A DNA stretch of 64,000 nt from Clostridia bacterium (GCA_017539905.1 JAFYBZ010000022.1:77191-141190); one strand, 5' to 3'; numbered from the stretch's first letter, positions 1-13,336 are shown. The notes: a model not told the origin generated them from the letters alone. Numbers and translations: made by a program.

Positions 1-107
1 TTATCAACATCATTTCCTTCGCTATCTGGTGCGATAATATCAGCGAAAGCAAATGAACAGCATACAGATAACATCATAATTGCTAGCATAAGAGCAAATT
101 TCTTCAT
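1..107 (-). CDS. N-terminal fragment of a secreted or lipoprotein-like protein (continues beyond window start)
   Basis: ATG at 107-105 (minus) preceded by GGGAGG RBS (rc of 111-120). Translation MKKFALMLAIMMLSVCCSFAFADIIAP is a signal peptide. No stop before the window edge. Confidence 0.6.
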   Translation of the reverse strand, partial: MKKFALMLAIMMLSVCCSFAFADIIAPDSEGNDVD

Positions 108-255
108 AATTATACCTCCCTTTACCTTGTTATTGCTAACTCGCAAATTTTATTATATAATATATAGGTCATAGATGTCTAGATATTTACTAGAATTTAT
201 ACATATGGCAACCGGCTGGAGCCTATAGAATCAAACCAAAGTGAGGTAGACATAA

Positions 256-3263
<3,008 letters not shown>

Positions 3264-3286
3264 TTTGATATAAAAGGAGAGTACAA

Positions 3287-3703
3287 ATGAAAAATCAAAA
3301 AGTTGCAGATGCGCTAATTTATATTTTTGCGCGAACCATTTTGCAAGTTATTTGTTCATCGCTTGGGTTTATAGGTTTGCTTATGGGAAGTGAACCACTA
3401 ATTATAGGTGGACTAATTGGAGGAGTCATTTTATATATTATCCTTTCAATCATTCCAAACTTATTTATAAAAACAAAAGAATATGGATGGGTTACTTTAT
3501 TTAATTTTATATCTGTTATTGCTTATGGAATTTTGAATTTTATAGTATTTTTGTTAGTAAACCTATTCTACAAAAGTTCTGAGTTAGGCTTAGTTGTTTT
3601 AGTTTGGGTTTTTGCACTTATTAGTGTTGTTGCATTCAATTTTTTTGTAAATTTGATTGCAGATTTGATAGCTTGTTTAGTTATTAAAAAGAAGAAGGTG
3701 TAA
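3287..3703 (+). CDS. small multi-pass membrane protein (138 aa)
   Basis: GGAG RBS. About 4 hydrophobic segments. Paralogous to the next ORF (shared pattern ...TLFNF(I/L)S...NLI(A/V)DLI). Confidence 0.7.
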   Translation: MKNQKVADALIYIFARTILQVICSSLGFIGLLMGSEPLIIGGLIGGVILYIILSIIPNLFIKTKEYGWVTLFNFISVIAYGILNFIVFLLVNLFYKSSELGLVVLVWVFALISVVAFNFFVNLIADLIACLVIKKKKV

Positions 3704-3708
3704 TACAA

Positions 3709-4140
3709 ATGAAAAATAATGCGGTTAAAGGTTTAGTTTTTATTATAATTAGAACGATTTTAGAAGCCATTGGGGTGGTGCTATTTACACTTACTCTAAA
3801 TCTTCAAGTTTCAAATGTCGTTGTTTTTGGTTTAATAGTATTTGCTTTTATAAACATATTTTTGGCAATTATTCCGCACTTTTTTGTTAAAGATATTTCA
3901 TTTGGCTTTATGACATTATTTAATTTTCTTTCACAAATTGTTTTGGCGGGTGGAATGTTTGCTTTATTATTGTTCTTTTGCATAATAGATACGAGCGATG
4001 CTGCTGGTTGGCTTATATTTTTGCTTATTTTTTATTATGTTTTTTTTATACCAGTTGCGTTTATTGTTAATTTAATTGTTGACTTAATTACTTATTTTGT
4101 TATGAAAAAAATTAGAGGAGGAGTTAAAAATGAAAAATGA
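3709..4140 (+). CDS. small multi-pass membrane protein, tandem paralog (143 aa)
   Basis: Same architecture and conserved motifs as 3287..3703. Confidence 0.7.
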   Translation: MKNNAVKGLVFIIIRTILEAIGVVLFTLTLNLQVSNVVVFGLIVFAFINIFLAIIPHFFVKDISFGFMTLFNFLSQIVLAGGMFALLLFFCIIDTSDAAGWLIFLLIFYYVFFIPVAFIVNLIVDLITYFVMKKIRGGVKNEK

Positions 4141-4510
4141 ATTAGTTATTTACAAATGTGAAATGTGTGGAGAAGAAGTTGAAATCTTAAATGGTGAATG
4201 CAGAAGTTTAACATGCTGCGGACAAGATATGGAAGAAGTTGTAGCTAATACAGTAGATGCAGCTGTTGAAAAACATGTTCCTGCATATGTCGTTAATGGT
4301 GATGTAATTGAAGTTACTGTAGGTGAAGTAGAGCATCCTATGGCTGAAGATCATTACATTGAATGGATTGCTCATGTATATGAAAATAGAATTTGTAAAG
4401 TTAATCTTAAACCTGGTGAAAAGCCCGCAGCTAAATTTGCATATAAACCAGGTGCAACTTTATACGCTATGTGCAATAAACACGGGTTATGGAAAATTGA
4501 TGTTGAATAA
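4130..4510 (+). CDS. dfx: desulfoferrodoxin (superoxide reductase, 2Fe type)
   Basis: N-terminal desulforedoxin-like CEMCGEEV...TCCG, then neelaredoxin-like EKHVP, HPMAEDHYIEW, CNKHGLW. Confidence 0.88.
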   Translation: MKNELVIYKCEMCGEEVEILNGECRSLTCCGQDMEEVVANTVDAAVEKHVPAYVVNGDVIEVTVGEVEHPMAEDHYIEWIAHVYENRICKVNLKPGEKPAAKFAYKPGATLYAMCNKHGLWKIDVE

Positions 4511-4516
4511 ATTTAC

Positions 4517-4659
4517 GCAACTGGGGGACGGTTCTCAAGTTGCATCATGCAACAGGGGGACAGGGCTTAAGCAACTAGGGGTGTCCCAAAGTTGCACTGT
4601 GCAACTTGAGAACCGTCCCCTAGTTGCACTGTGCAACTTGAGAACCGTCCCCTAGTTGC
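4517..4659. repeat. REP-like array, about 5 units (forward A, B-like, one collapsed unit, then two inverted A units)
   Basis: gcaactgggggacggttctcaagttgca ... tgcaacttgagaaccgtcccctagttgc twice. The two halves are inverted relative to each other. Confidence 0.9.
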
Positions 4660-4686
4660 GCGTTTTTAATAAATAGAGGAGTAAGT

Positions 4687-5280
4687 ATGGCAAACTATGA
4701 GTATTTAAAAGAAATAGAAAAGTATGGACGTGAGAACAAGATACCGATTTTGCTTGATGATAGTCTTGAATTTATCGAAGGTATTTTGAAGGAAGCAAGG
4801 CCAAAAAGAATTTTAGAGATTGGAACTGCAATTGGTTTTTCTGCTTTATGCTTTTCTAGATTTTTAGCAGATGATGGTCGTATTGATACGATTGAAATTG
4901 AAAGCTTAAGAGTTGAACAAGCAGAAGCTAACATTGAAAAAGTTGGAGTCCAAGATAAGATCAGAGTAATGGAAGGAGATGCTTTAGACATTCTTCCATA
5001 TTTACAAGAAAAGTATGATATTGTTTTCATCGATGCAGCAAAAGGTAAGTATAATGAATTTTTTGAACATGCTTTAAGATTAACTCACAAAGGTAGCATT
5101 ATAATTGCGGACAATGTTTTATACAAAGGTTATGTCTTGAGTGATTATAATAAACACAAGCAAAGGACTGCGGTAACTAAGTTACGCGAGTTTATTAAGT
5201 CTGTAGAAGATAATAAAAATCTAGAAACAAAACTTTACGAAATAGGCGATGGATTAATTGTCGCAAAAGTATTGAATTAA
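4687..5280 (+). CDS. class I SAM-dependent O-methyltransferase (YrrM/TrmR-like, family 3)
   Basis: SAM-binding motif ILEIGTAIGFSAL, DIVFIDAAK and IIADNVLYKG are typical of the O-methyltransferase 3 family. Confidence 0.8.
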   Translation: MANYEYLKEIEKYGRENKIPILLDDSLEFIEGILKEARPKRILEIGTAIGFSALCFSRFLADDGRIDTIEIESLRVEQAEANIEKVGVQDKIRVMEGDALDILPYLQEKYDIVFIDAAKGKYNEFFEHALRLTHKGSIIIADNVLYKGYVLSDYNKHKQRTAVTKLREFIKSVEDNKNLETKLYEIGDGLIVAKVLN

Positions 5281-5471
5281 CTATATTTTTATCGTTTTTC
5301 GTAACTAAAAAATAATATAATTGTAATATTTGTAACAATTCACAAAAAGCTTGATATAAAGCCATTTGTGGGTTGTTTTTATTTTGCTCAAATTATGTGC
5401 ACTCGACAAATAATATCCTTGGTTTAAAATATATATGTATGATTTTAACTTTATTAAAGGAGGAAATTTTA

Positions 5472-8400
5472 ATGCAATCTTATAATTACTATGGCTCAAA
5501 CACAAGAAGTAGAAGGGGATATAAGCTTCTTGTTATGAGTTTGATTAGCATACTAATTTTATTGAGTTTTTCATGTGCATATGGTGCTGATCTTAAACAA
5601 CTTAAGGCTAATGGAACTATTAAAGTTTATACGGATTCATCTAAAACTACAGCGATTCCGTATGATACTCGTACTTCTTTTAGCACTAGTTCATCAAATC
5701 CTACTGTTATATCTGGAGATGCATCATATACGTATGATACATTTGCTCATAGACCATATGTTGAGATTCCTGGTTTAACAGAGGATGTCGACTATACCGT
5801 AGCATATAGTGGAGATATAAATGCTACAGTTGAGTATGGTGAAAAATTTGAGGACAATGTTTATATTTCAGGCTCTGAAGAACACCACTATGGAGCTTCA
5901 TATGTTATTGTTCGACCATTAAAAGAACATACTGGATATGCCGTTATCCCTTATGGTATCGAAAAATTAAATTTAGGGGATTATTCAAATCCTAATCCAA
6001 ATATAACATACACATTGTCAGGCTCTAAAATTTATGATGGAACAATTACTCATCCAGTAATTGAAGAATCATCGTATGATAATGGAGGAGCGCAACCAAT
6101 TGATTTGAAATGGAAAACAACATTTGCGAGAGCTCAAAGTTCAGTTGATTTATTTGATATTGGTGCTTACTACGTTCTTATCAATGGTTATTTAGATGGC
6201 AACAATGTTGTAGTATATTCAGATACTAACTATTCTGGATATATGTTGAAGTTAGTTTATGTTTATCCAGCTCCAATGACTTGTACATGGCAAACTGCTG
6301 GACAAGAATTCACATATAACGGAGAAGAACAATATATTACTCCAACTTTAACAGGTGTTGGACAAGAATCTATTCTTTATAAACAAGGTAATACTTCAAA
6401 TCTAAATCACCCTGAATCAATTGATGTTGGAGAATATGATATATCTGTTACTCCATTAATAGTTGATTATAGTGCTGTTACTGATGCTGAATTATTAGCA
6501 GCATATAACAATCTTACAAATGCTGCATTATTAAATAATTATGTATTAGTTGAAAATAATAATTATACAACTTACATGAATTCAGCAGACTTAGATGATT
6601 ATACAACAGTTAATGCATATCTTTCTGCACATGCTTCAGATTTAATGGTTGCTCAATTCGAATCTAACTATAGTATCGTTGGTGCACCTCTTACAGTTAC
6701 AGCTAACGATGTTACAGTAGATAAAGGCGATCCACTTCCAGCACTTGATTTCACAATCACAGGCGAAGTAGGAAATGAAAAAGCTACTAAATCTGGTACT
6801 GCATCAACAACATATGATACAAATACTGCTGGTACTTTCCCTAATGCTATTACAGTATCAAATGCCAATGTAGCTGATACAGGTACAAATGGATTTAAGA
6901 AATCAAACTATAGAATTAGTTTAGTTAATGGTACTCTTACTGTTAATGAAACAACTGTACCTTTAACAATTACAGCTGCTAATAAAGAAAAATATTATGG
7001 CGAACCAGATCCAGAGCTAACTGCTACAACAAATCCTTCAGTTACTCCAGGCGGTGCTCTAACAAGAGAATCTGGTGAGGATGTTGGAGAATATACAATT
7101 CTTCAAGGCACATATGGAACAGAAGCTGCGCCTGCTTATGATCCATCTGCTTATAGTCCAATTACATATGTTCCAGGTACATTAACAATTAAGAAGACAA
7201 GTGTTGAACCAGATCCTGATCCAGGCGATTACCCAGATCAAAAGGTTAGAGTCGAAGTAGAAGTTTCTGGTGACTATACTTATGATGGTCAACCACATAA
7301 GCCACATCCAACAGTTAAATTGGTAGATGAAACAGGTGCTACTATTAAAACACTTGTAGAAGATACTGATTATACACTTTCTTGGGAAGATTATATTAAT
7401 GCTGGTAAACCAGGAGATACAAATCCTCCTACAGTTATAATTACAGGTAAAGGAAACTTTGCTGAAACTCAAGAAGTAGAATATACAATTAAACCAAGAC
7501 CACTTACAGTTACAGCTGATGATATCAATAAAGTTGTTGGTGATGCACTTCCTGCAGAAGCAGAACGTACAATCACAACATCAGGTGAAGTTGCTGGCGA
7601 GACACCTACATTTAGTAATGCTCCAACAATTAGCACAGCTCCAGATCCATTAACTACAGCTACAACTTATCCAATTGAAGTAAGTGAAGCTATCTTAAGC
7701 CCAGTTGCTGATGGTGGATTCATTCCTTCAAACTATAATATTACATATGTAAATGGTACACTTACAGTTACTGAAGCTCCAGCTGTTAAGACTCCACTAT
7801 ATGTAAGATGGAGCGACCAAGATACATTCCAATATGATACATTCCCACACGTAAGAGTTGGTGCTGTATACACAGGTGTATCTGGAGAAACAGTTGATTT
7901 TGAATTAATAGGATGGCAAACAGACGTAGGAAACTATGTTGCTACTATTAGAATAAAAGGAATTAAAGGCGGTCGTGCAAGTTTAGAGTATTATGATACA
8001 ACAACAGTTGAAAATGATTTAGAAAGACCATTTAAGATTGTTGCTTTACCAGTAAGCGGAGACAAGCCTACAGAAGAACCACATGATTCAGGAGATCCAA
8101 TTATCCCTTCTGGAGATCCAATTGAATCAGGAGATCCATATACAACTCCATCTGGGGAACCATATCAACCACAAGACTATACAGTTAGAATTGAAGTTGT
8201 ATGGCCAGACACAGATTACGTTTATTCAGGAGATAATAAAGAACCAGTTCCTGAAAAAGTAGAAATTGTTGTTATTGGAACTGATAACAAAGAAGTTGAA
8301 AGAAAACCACTTCCAAGTGGAGATTATAAGATTGAATATAAAGATAATAAGGATGCAAAAGAAAGTGGAGATGAGAATCCACCAACAGCTACATTAGTAC

Positions 8401-11400
8401 CAGCAAGTGATAATATCACAGGCGAGATTCCATTTGTATTCCCAATCAAACCAAGACCACTTGTTGTTACACCTGATGATCAAACAGGTACAGCTGGTGA
8501 CGTTAAACCAGAAGGCGAAGATTTAACATATAAGACATCTGGAGAAGTTGCAGGAGAAACTCCTACATTCGAAGGATATCCTGAAGTTGATGGTCCTGAC
8601 ATTTTGCAATCTGGAGAATATCCAATTGTAGCTGAAGGACACATGACACCAAAGGAAAGCGGAGATTTCAAACCTTCTAACTATGACATTACTTATGAAG
8701 AAGGTACATTAACAGTTACTGAACCAGCAGCAAAGAAACCACTATATGTTAGATGGAGTGATCAAGATACATTCCAATATGATACATTCCCTCATATAAG
8801 AGTCGGTGTTGTATATACAGGCGTATCTGGCGAGACAGTTGATTTCGAATTAACTGGATGGCAAACAGACGTAGGAGAATACAGAGCACAAATTAGTGTT
8901 AATGGCATTATCGGTGGCGACATTGATGATTATGATTTAAGAACAATCGAAGAAGATTTAATTAGACCATTTAGAATTATTGCTTTACCAGTAAGCGGAG
9001 ACAAGCCTACAGAAGAGCCACATGATTCAGGAGATCCAATTATTCCTTCTGGAGATCCAATTGAATCAGGAGATCCATACATAACTCCATCTGGAGAACC
9101 ATATCAACCACAAGACTACAAAGTTAGAATTGAAGTTGTATGGCCAGACACAGATTACATATATTCTGGAGACTTTAAAGAACCAGTTCCAGAAAAAGTA
9201 GAAATTGTTGTTATCGGACCTGATAACAAAGAAGTTGAAAGAAAACCACTTCCAAGTGGAGATTATAAGATTGAATACAAAGATAATAAGGATGCAAAAG
9301 GAAGCGGAGATGAAAATCCACCAACAGCAACATTAGTACCAAACAGCGATAACATCACAGGTGAGATTCCATTCGTATTCCCAATCGCACCAAGACCACT
9401 TGTTGTTACACCTGATGATCAAACAGGTACAGCTGGTGACGTTAAACCAGAAGGTGAAGATTTAACATATAAGACATCTGGAGAAGTTGCAGGAGAAACT
9501 CCTACATTCGAAGGATATCCTGAAGTTGATGGTCCTGATATTTTACAATCTGGAGAATATCCAATTGTAGCTGAAGGACACATGACACCAAAGGAAAGCG
9601 GAGATTTCAAACCTTCTAACTATGACATTACTTTTGAAGAAGGCACATTGACAGTTTCTGAGCCAGCAGGCTTAGACAAGATATACGTTAAATGGAGTGA
9701 TCAAGACACATTCCAATATGATGGACAACCACATATTAGAATCGGTATCGTTTATACAGATGTAGATGGCGAGACAGTTGATTACACATTAACAGGATGG
9801 AAAGTTGATGCAGGCGAAGGCTACATTGCAACAATTACCATTAATGGAATTAATGGTGGACGCGGAAGCTTAGATAATTACGATACAACAGGATTACAAT
9901 TAACAAATACATTTAAGATTAAAGCACTTCCATTACCAACACCAGAGCCAACAGAAGAACCACAAGATTCTGGTGATCCAATGCCATCAGGAGAAACAAA
10001 TCCATCAGGCGATCCAGTTCAACCACAAGATTACACAGTAGTAATCGAGGTTAAATGGCCAAGTGGAGATTACATCTATTCAGGCGATGAAAAGATGCCA
10101 GTTCCTGACAGTGTTGAAATAGTTATTTATGATCCATCAGGTGATGAGGTAAGTAGAGAACCACTTCCATCTGGAGATTATACTATAGTTTATGAAAATA
10201 ATATTGATGCTGCTGAGAGCGGTGATCCTGTTCATCCAACAGCTAGGATAGTTCCATCAGGTGATAATATTACAGGCGAGATTGGATATCCATTTACAAT
10301 TAAGCCAAGACCACTTGATGTTGAATGGAATGAAAAAGATACATTCCAATATGATGGAAAAGAACATATTAGAATAGGTAAGATAGTTTCTGATATGCCT
10401 GGAGTTGAAGTTGAGTATACGCTTGAAGAAATGCAAATCGAAGCAAATACTAGCGGAGAGCATTATACAGCTACACTTACATATGATGGAATTAAAGGTG
10501 GTAAAGCATCTAACTTCTATTTACCAGATGATTTAGAGCTTGAAAAACCATTTACAATTGTTCCATTACCAATTAGTGAAATAAAACCTACAGAAAAACC
10601 AATCAATCCAACTGATCCATTACCAGATGATGATCAACCAGATGATTATACTGTAGAAGTTGAGATAACATGGCCAGATCCTGAAATTATTTACACAGGT
10701 AAGCCTGTTGAACCAGTACCAGACAAAGTTGAATTAATAATCAAGAATCCATCAGGAGACGTGATTAATAGAAGAGTTTTAGATCCAGATGAGTATACAT
10801 TAGATTATGAAAACAATGTTCCAGTTGGAGAAAGTACAGATCCAAATCCACCTACAATAATTATTATTGGCGATGGAAAGAACATTACAGGACAAGTTCC
10901 TCATCCATTTACAATTACTCCAGCTCCACTTACAGTTAAAGCTGATAACAAGACTAAGACAGTAGGTAGAGAAAATCCAACACTTACATATACTGTTACA
11001 GGTGCTGTAAATGGCGAAGTTCCAGCATTTGATGGAACTCCAACAACTACATGTACAAAAGAATCTAAGAAAGGTACATATCCAATAGTTGTTGACGGAG
11101 AATTAGTTGCAAAAGTTGAAGGTACATTTGATCCTGCTAACTACAACATTACATATGTTGATGGCATTCTTACAGTTAAATCTTCAGGTGGCGGAACATC
11201 TACACCAGTACCAAAGGATATCGATGTAAGCATATTCTTAAGCAATGGTAAGAGAGAAGATAAAGGTAACAACAACTACTACTTATTAGGAGAAGAAGTT
11301 GTTTACTACGTAGATTACGAAAACTTAAAAGAAGCATTCTCAGATACATATAAACTTACACTTGAGTTACCACTTCCATTTGAAGCTGTTGAATTAGATG

Positions 11401-12290
11401 GAGGTAAAGTAAGTGGAAAGACAATCACATGGACAATTCCTGGTGGTATGAAAGTTGATGAAACTGGAAGAAAGACTGTTAAAGTTAAATTCACAGCATT
11501 TAGCAGTGGAAATAAGAAAGGCTGGGAAGACATTTATCCAGTAGATAGAATCTATGTAGGTTCTAAAGAATATGATGAATGTACAGTTCATAACATCATT
11601 TATACATTAGATAATGATATTGATAATAAGCACATTATTTACATGTATGGTGATGAAGAAAAACCAACATTTAGACCAGACGATATAATCAATAGAGCAG
11701 AAGGTGCACTTGTATTGACTCGTATATTTGAAATCAATACTTCAAACGTAGCAATCGTTGGAGATGAATTTACAGATATAGGAGATACATACTTAAAAGC
11801 ACAACAAGCAATTGTTAAAGCTTCTCAATTAGGATTAATTGCTGGTTACGAAGACGGTTCATACAGACCACTTCAAAAGATGACAAGAGCAGAATTCATG
11901 TCAATTATTTCTAGATTTGTTGAATATAAGTCAACACAAGAAGGAATAAAGGGTATGGATATCAAAGAAATCCAAAAAGACTCTAAGCTTTATAAGAAAG
12001 CTGGACACTGGGCAGATAAATACATCTTGTTACTAGCTAGATTAAACATGGCTCCAGAAGATATTGATACAATGGAAAGCCTAAATAGAAAGATAACAAG
12101 AGCAGAAGTTGCACAACTTTGCAACATGTACTTATTAAGAGCTCCAGTTAAAGATGATGGAACAATCGTGTTACCATTCAATGATGTTGATAGCTCACAT
12201 AAATTATGGGGCGATATCATCGAGGCAACAAGACAATCACATAACGACTTCAGACTAACAGAAGACGCTTACGAAATTTGGAATCACTAA
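5472..12290 (+). CDS. giant cell-surface protein: signal peptide, many Ig-like/MBG-type repeats with SGDP-rich linkers, three C-terminal SLH domains
   Basis: ATG at 5472 follows AAGGAGG; the track start at 5373 has no RBS. Signal peptide LLVMSLISILILLSFSCAYG. Recurrent ...SNYNITYVNGTLTV (MBG-like) and YxYDGxxHxP modules. C-terminal SLH motifs (GYEDGSYRPLQKMTRAEF, ITRAEVAQL). Confidence 0.85.
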   Translation: MQSYNYYGSNTRSRRGYKLLVMSLISILILLSFSCAYGADLKQLKANGTIKVYTDSSKTTAIPYDTRTSFSTSSSNPTVISGDASYTYDTFAHRPYVEIPGLTEDVDYTVAYSGDINATVEYGEKFEDNVYISGSEEHHYGASYVIVRPLKEHTGYAVIPYGIEKLNLGDYSNPNPNITYTLSGSKIYDGTITHPVIEESSYDNGGAQPIDLKWKTTFARAQSSVDLFDIGAYYVLINGYLDGNNVVVYSDTNYSGYMLKLVYVYPAPMTCTWQTAGQEFTYNGEEQYITPTLTGVGQESILYKQGNTSNLNHPESIDVGEYDISVTPLIVDYSAVTDAELLAAYNNLTNAALLNNYVLVENNNYTTYMNSADLDDYTTVNAYLSAHASDLMVAQFESNYSIVGAPLTVTANDVTVDKGDPLPALDFTITGEVGNEKATKSGTASTTYDTNTAGTFPNAITVSNANVADTGTNGFKKSNYRISLVNGTLTVNETTVPLTITAANKEKYYGEPDPELTATTNPSVTPGGALTRESGEDVGEYTILQGTYGTEAAPAYDPSAYSPITYVPGTLTIKKTSVEPDPDPGDYPDQKVRVEVEVSGDYTYDGQPHKPHPTVKLVDETGATIKTLVEDTDYTLSWEDYINAGKPGDTNPPTVIITGKGNFAETQEVEYTIKPRPLTVTADDINKVVGDALPAEAERTITTSGEVAGETPTFSNAPTISTAPDPLTTATTYPIEVSEAILSPVADGGFIPSNYNITYVNGTLTVTEAPAVKTPLYVRWSDQDTFQYDTFPHVRVGAVYTGVSGETVDFELIGWQTDVGNYVATIRIKGIKGGRASLEYYDTTTVENDLERPFKIVALPVSGDKPTEEPHDSGDPIIPSGDPIESGDPYTTPSGEPYQPQDYTVRIEVVWPDTDYVYSGDNKEPVPEKVEIVVIGTDNKEVERKPLPSGDYKIEYKDNKDAKESGDENPPTATLVPASDNITGEIPFVFPIKPRPLVVTPDDQTGTAGDVKPEGEDLTYKTSGEVAGETPTFEGYPEVDGPDILQSGEYPIVAEGHMTPKESGDFKPSNYDITYEEGTLTVTEPAAKKPLYVRWSDQDTFQYDTFPHIRVGVVYTGVSGETVDFELTGWQTDVGEYRAQISVNGIIGGDIDDYDLRTIEEDLIRPFRIIALPVSGDKPTEEPHDSGDPIIPSGDPIESGDPYITPSGEPYQPQDYKVRIEVVWPDTDYIYSGDFKEPVPEKVEIVVIGPDNKEVERKPLPSGDYKIEYKDNKDAKGSGDENPPTATLVPNSDNITGEIPFVFPIAPRPLVVTPDDQTGTAGDVKPEGEDLTYKTSGEVAGETPTFEGYPEVDGPDILQSGEYPIVAEGHMTPKESGDFKPSNYDITFEEGTLTVSEPAGLDKIYVKWSDQDTFQYDGQPHIRIGIVYTDVDGETVDYTLTGWKVDAGEGYIATITINGINGGRGSLDNYDTTGLQLTNTFKIKALPLPTPEPTEEPQDSGDPMPSGETNPSGDPVQPQDYTVVIEVKWPSGDYIYSGDEKMPVPDSVEIVIYDPSGDEVSREPLPSGDYTIVYENNIDAAESGDPVHPTARIVPSGDNITGEIGYPFTIKPRPLDVEWNEKDTFQYDGKEHIRIGKIVSDMPGVEVEYTLEEMQIEANTSGEHYTATLTYDGIKGGKASNFYLPDDLELEKPFTIVPLPISEIKPTEKPINPTDPLPDDDQPDDYTVEVEITWPDPEIIYTGKPVEPVPDKVELIIKNPSGDVINRRVLDPDEYTLDYENNVPVGESTDPNPPTIIIIGDGKNITGQVPHPFTITPAPLTVKADNKTKTVGRENPTLTYTVTGAVNGEVPAFDGTPTTTCTKESKKGTYPIVVDGELVAKVEGTFDPANYNITYVDGILTVKSSGGGTSTPVPKDIDVSIFLSNGKREDKGNNNYYLLGEEVVYYVDYENLKEAFSDTYKLTLELPLPFEAVELDGGKVSGKTITWTIPGGMKVDETGRKTVKVKFTAFSSGNKKGWEDIYPVDRIYVGSKEYDECTVHNIIYTLDNDIDNKHIIYMYGDEEKPTFRPDDIINRAEGALVLTRIFEINTSNVAIVGDEFTDIGDTYLKAQQAIVKASQLGLIAGYEDGSYRPLQKMTRAEFMSIISRFVEYKSTQEGIKGMDIKEIQKDSKLYKKAGHWADKYILLLARLNMAPEDIDTMESLNRKITRAEVAQLCNMYLLRAPVKDDGTIVLPFNDVDSSHKLWGDIIEATRQSHNDFRLTEDAYEIWNH
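7794..9690 (+). repeat. intragenic tandem repeat, two near-identical units of ~945 and ~939 bp; diverged 3rd and 4th copies continue to about 10930
   Basis: PLYVRWSDQDTFQYDTFPH... recurs at 7794 and 8739, then diverged at 9680 and ~10310. Antisense track ORFs 8480..8671 and 9419..9610 differ at 1 of 63 aa. Confidence 0.9.
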
Positions 12291-12300
12291 TAAATAAAAA

Positions 12301-12328
12301 GAGACACCCTTATGGGTGTCTTTTTTTA
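12301..12328 (+). terminator. rho-independent terminator of the giant surface-protein gene
   Basis: gagacaccc ttat gggtgtc followed by a T7 run. Confidence 0.85.
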
Positions 12329-12329
12329 C

Positions 12330-12426
12330 GCAACGCAACTAGGGGACGGTTCTCAAGCTGCACGACGCAACTAGGGGACGGTTCTCAAGTTGCACGACGC
12401 AACTAGGGGACAGGTCTAAAGTAGTA
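12330..12426 (+). repeat. REP-like array, 3 forward units (A 12335-12362, A 12367-12394, B 12399-12426), 32-bp period
   Basis: gcaactaggggacggttctcaag(c/t)tgca, cgac spacer, ... gcaactaggggacaggtctaaagtagta. Confidence 0.92.
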
Positions 12427-12451
12427 GAGCAAACATCATTTACTACTTTTC

Positions 12452-12480
12452 TTGACTAATTCCGATTTTAATCTTAATAT
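12452..12480 (+). promoter_or_regulatory. sigma-A-like promoter for the transposase gene
   Basis: TTGACT, 17 nt, TAATAT. Confidence 0.5.
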
Positions 12481-12502
12481 ATGCTTATAATTAATATTTT
12501 GG

Positions 12503-12544
12503 GGGCAAAAGTATTCGTATGACAGGATACTTTTGCCCTTTTTT
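12503..12544 (+). terminator. terminator-like hairpin in the transposase 5' leader, abutting the RBS
   Basis: Perfect 12-bp stem gggcaaaagtat/atacttttgccc, 12-nt loop, T6 run, then AGGAGG (12545-12550) and ATG at 12556. Confidence 0.65.
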
Positions 12545-12555
12545 AGGAGGTAAAA

Positions 12556-13323
12556 ATGCCAAGAAAAGCTAGAAATCCAAAGCTGTTAACTGCCTATCAT
12601 ATTATGGTTCAAGGTCTTAACAAAGAAAAAATTTTTGATAATGACAAAGACAAAATGAAGTATTTATACATATTGAAAGAAAAGCTTGATGAATATAAAG
12701 TAAAACTGATTTCATATTGTATTATGAATAATCATGCTCATTTGCTAATTTATAATGAGGATTTTTATGGAATTAGTAAATTGATGCATAAGGTAAACGC
12801 CATTTTTTCAATGTATTATAATCTAAAAAATAATCGAGTTGGTTTTGTATTTAGAGATCGATTTTTAAGTCAAGAAATTTATTCGTATGATCAATTAATT
12901 GTTTGTATTCAATACATTCACAATAACCCCGTAAAAGCTAAAATAGTAAAAACACCTGATAAATACGCTTTTTCAAGTTATATTGATTTAAAATATGAAA
13001 AGAGCAAATTCATAGACATTGATTTGATAAGATTTTTGTTTGATAAAAAATGTTTTGTGGATATTTGGAAGTTTAACAATTGTAATGATTTTAAATTGAT
13101 TGAGCCAAATATATATGATAGAGAGCTATTCTATTCTGAAATTGTTAATAAGATTAATCCAAAGAGAGTAATGGATGATGATGCAACTATTAAGAGATTT
13201 TTGATATGTTGTAAAGAAAAATATTTTGTACCAAATAATGAAATAGCAGAAGCTTTGAATGTTAATAAAAGTACTATAACTAGATGGATTAAGAAATTTG
13301 GCCTTGAGAAATTGGGTGAATAA
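12556..13323 (+). CDS. HUH/Y1 tyrosine transposase, REP-associated (RAYT-like, IS200/IS605 superfamily) with C-terminal HTH-like tail
   Basis: HUH motif in CIMNNHAHLLI. Catalytic Tyr motif IQYIHNNPVKAKIV. C-terminal NNEIAEALNVNKSTITRWIKKFG resembles an HTH. Flanked by REP-like arrays. Confidence 0.8.
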   Translation: MPRKARNPKLLTAYHIMVQGLNKEKIFDNDKDKMKYLYILKEKLDEYKVKLISYCIMNNHAHLLIYNEDFYGISKLMHKVNAIFSMYYNLKNNRVGFVFRDRFLSQEIYSYDQLIVCIQYIHNNPVKAKIVKTPDKYAFSSYIDLKYEKSKFIDIDLIRFLFDKKCFVDIWKFNNCNDFKLIEPNIYDRELFYSEIVNKINPKRVMDDDATIKRFLICCKEKYFVPNNEIAEALNVNKSTITRWIKKFGLEKLGE

Positions 13324-13336
13324 AGGCTTTAAGCTG

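Noticed and set aside
4359-4655. Track ORFs running through repeat arrays (also 13126..13464, 14959..15555, 41727..41930, 52844..53116).
   Set aside because: Their translations are dominated by repeat-derived peptides ([16 protein letters not shown]). They overlap well-supported genes or lack an RBS, so they are spurious.
5373-5471. Upstream extension of the giant surface-protein ORF.
   Set aside because: There is no RBS, and the extension precedes the AAGGAGG/ATG at 5472 that is followed by a normal signal peptide.
8480-9610. Duplicate antisense ORFs 8480..8671 and 9419..9610.
   Set aside because: They merely mirror the intragenic tandem repeat of the surface-protein gene and are not independent genes.
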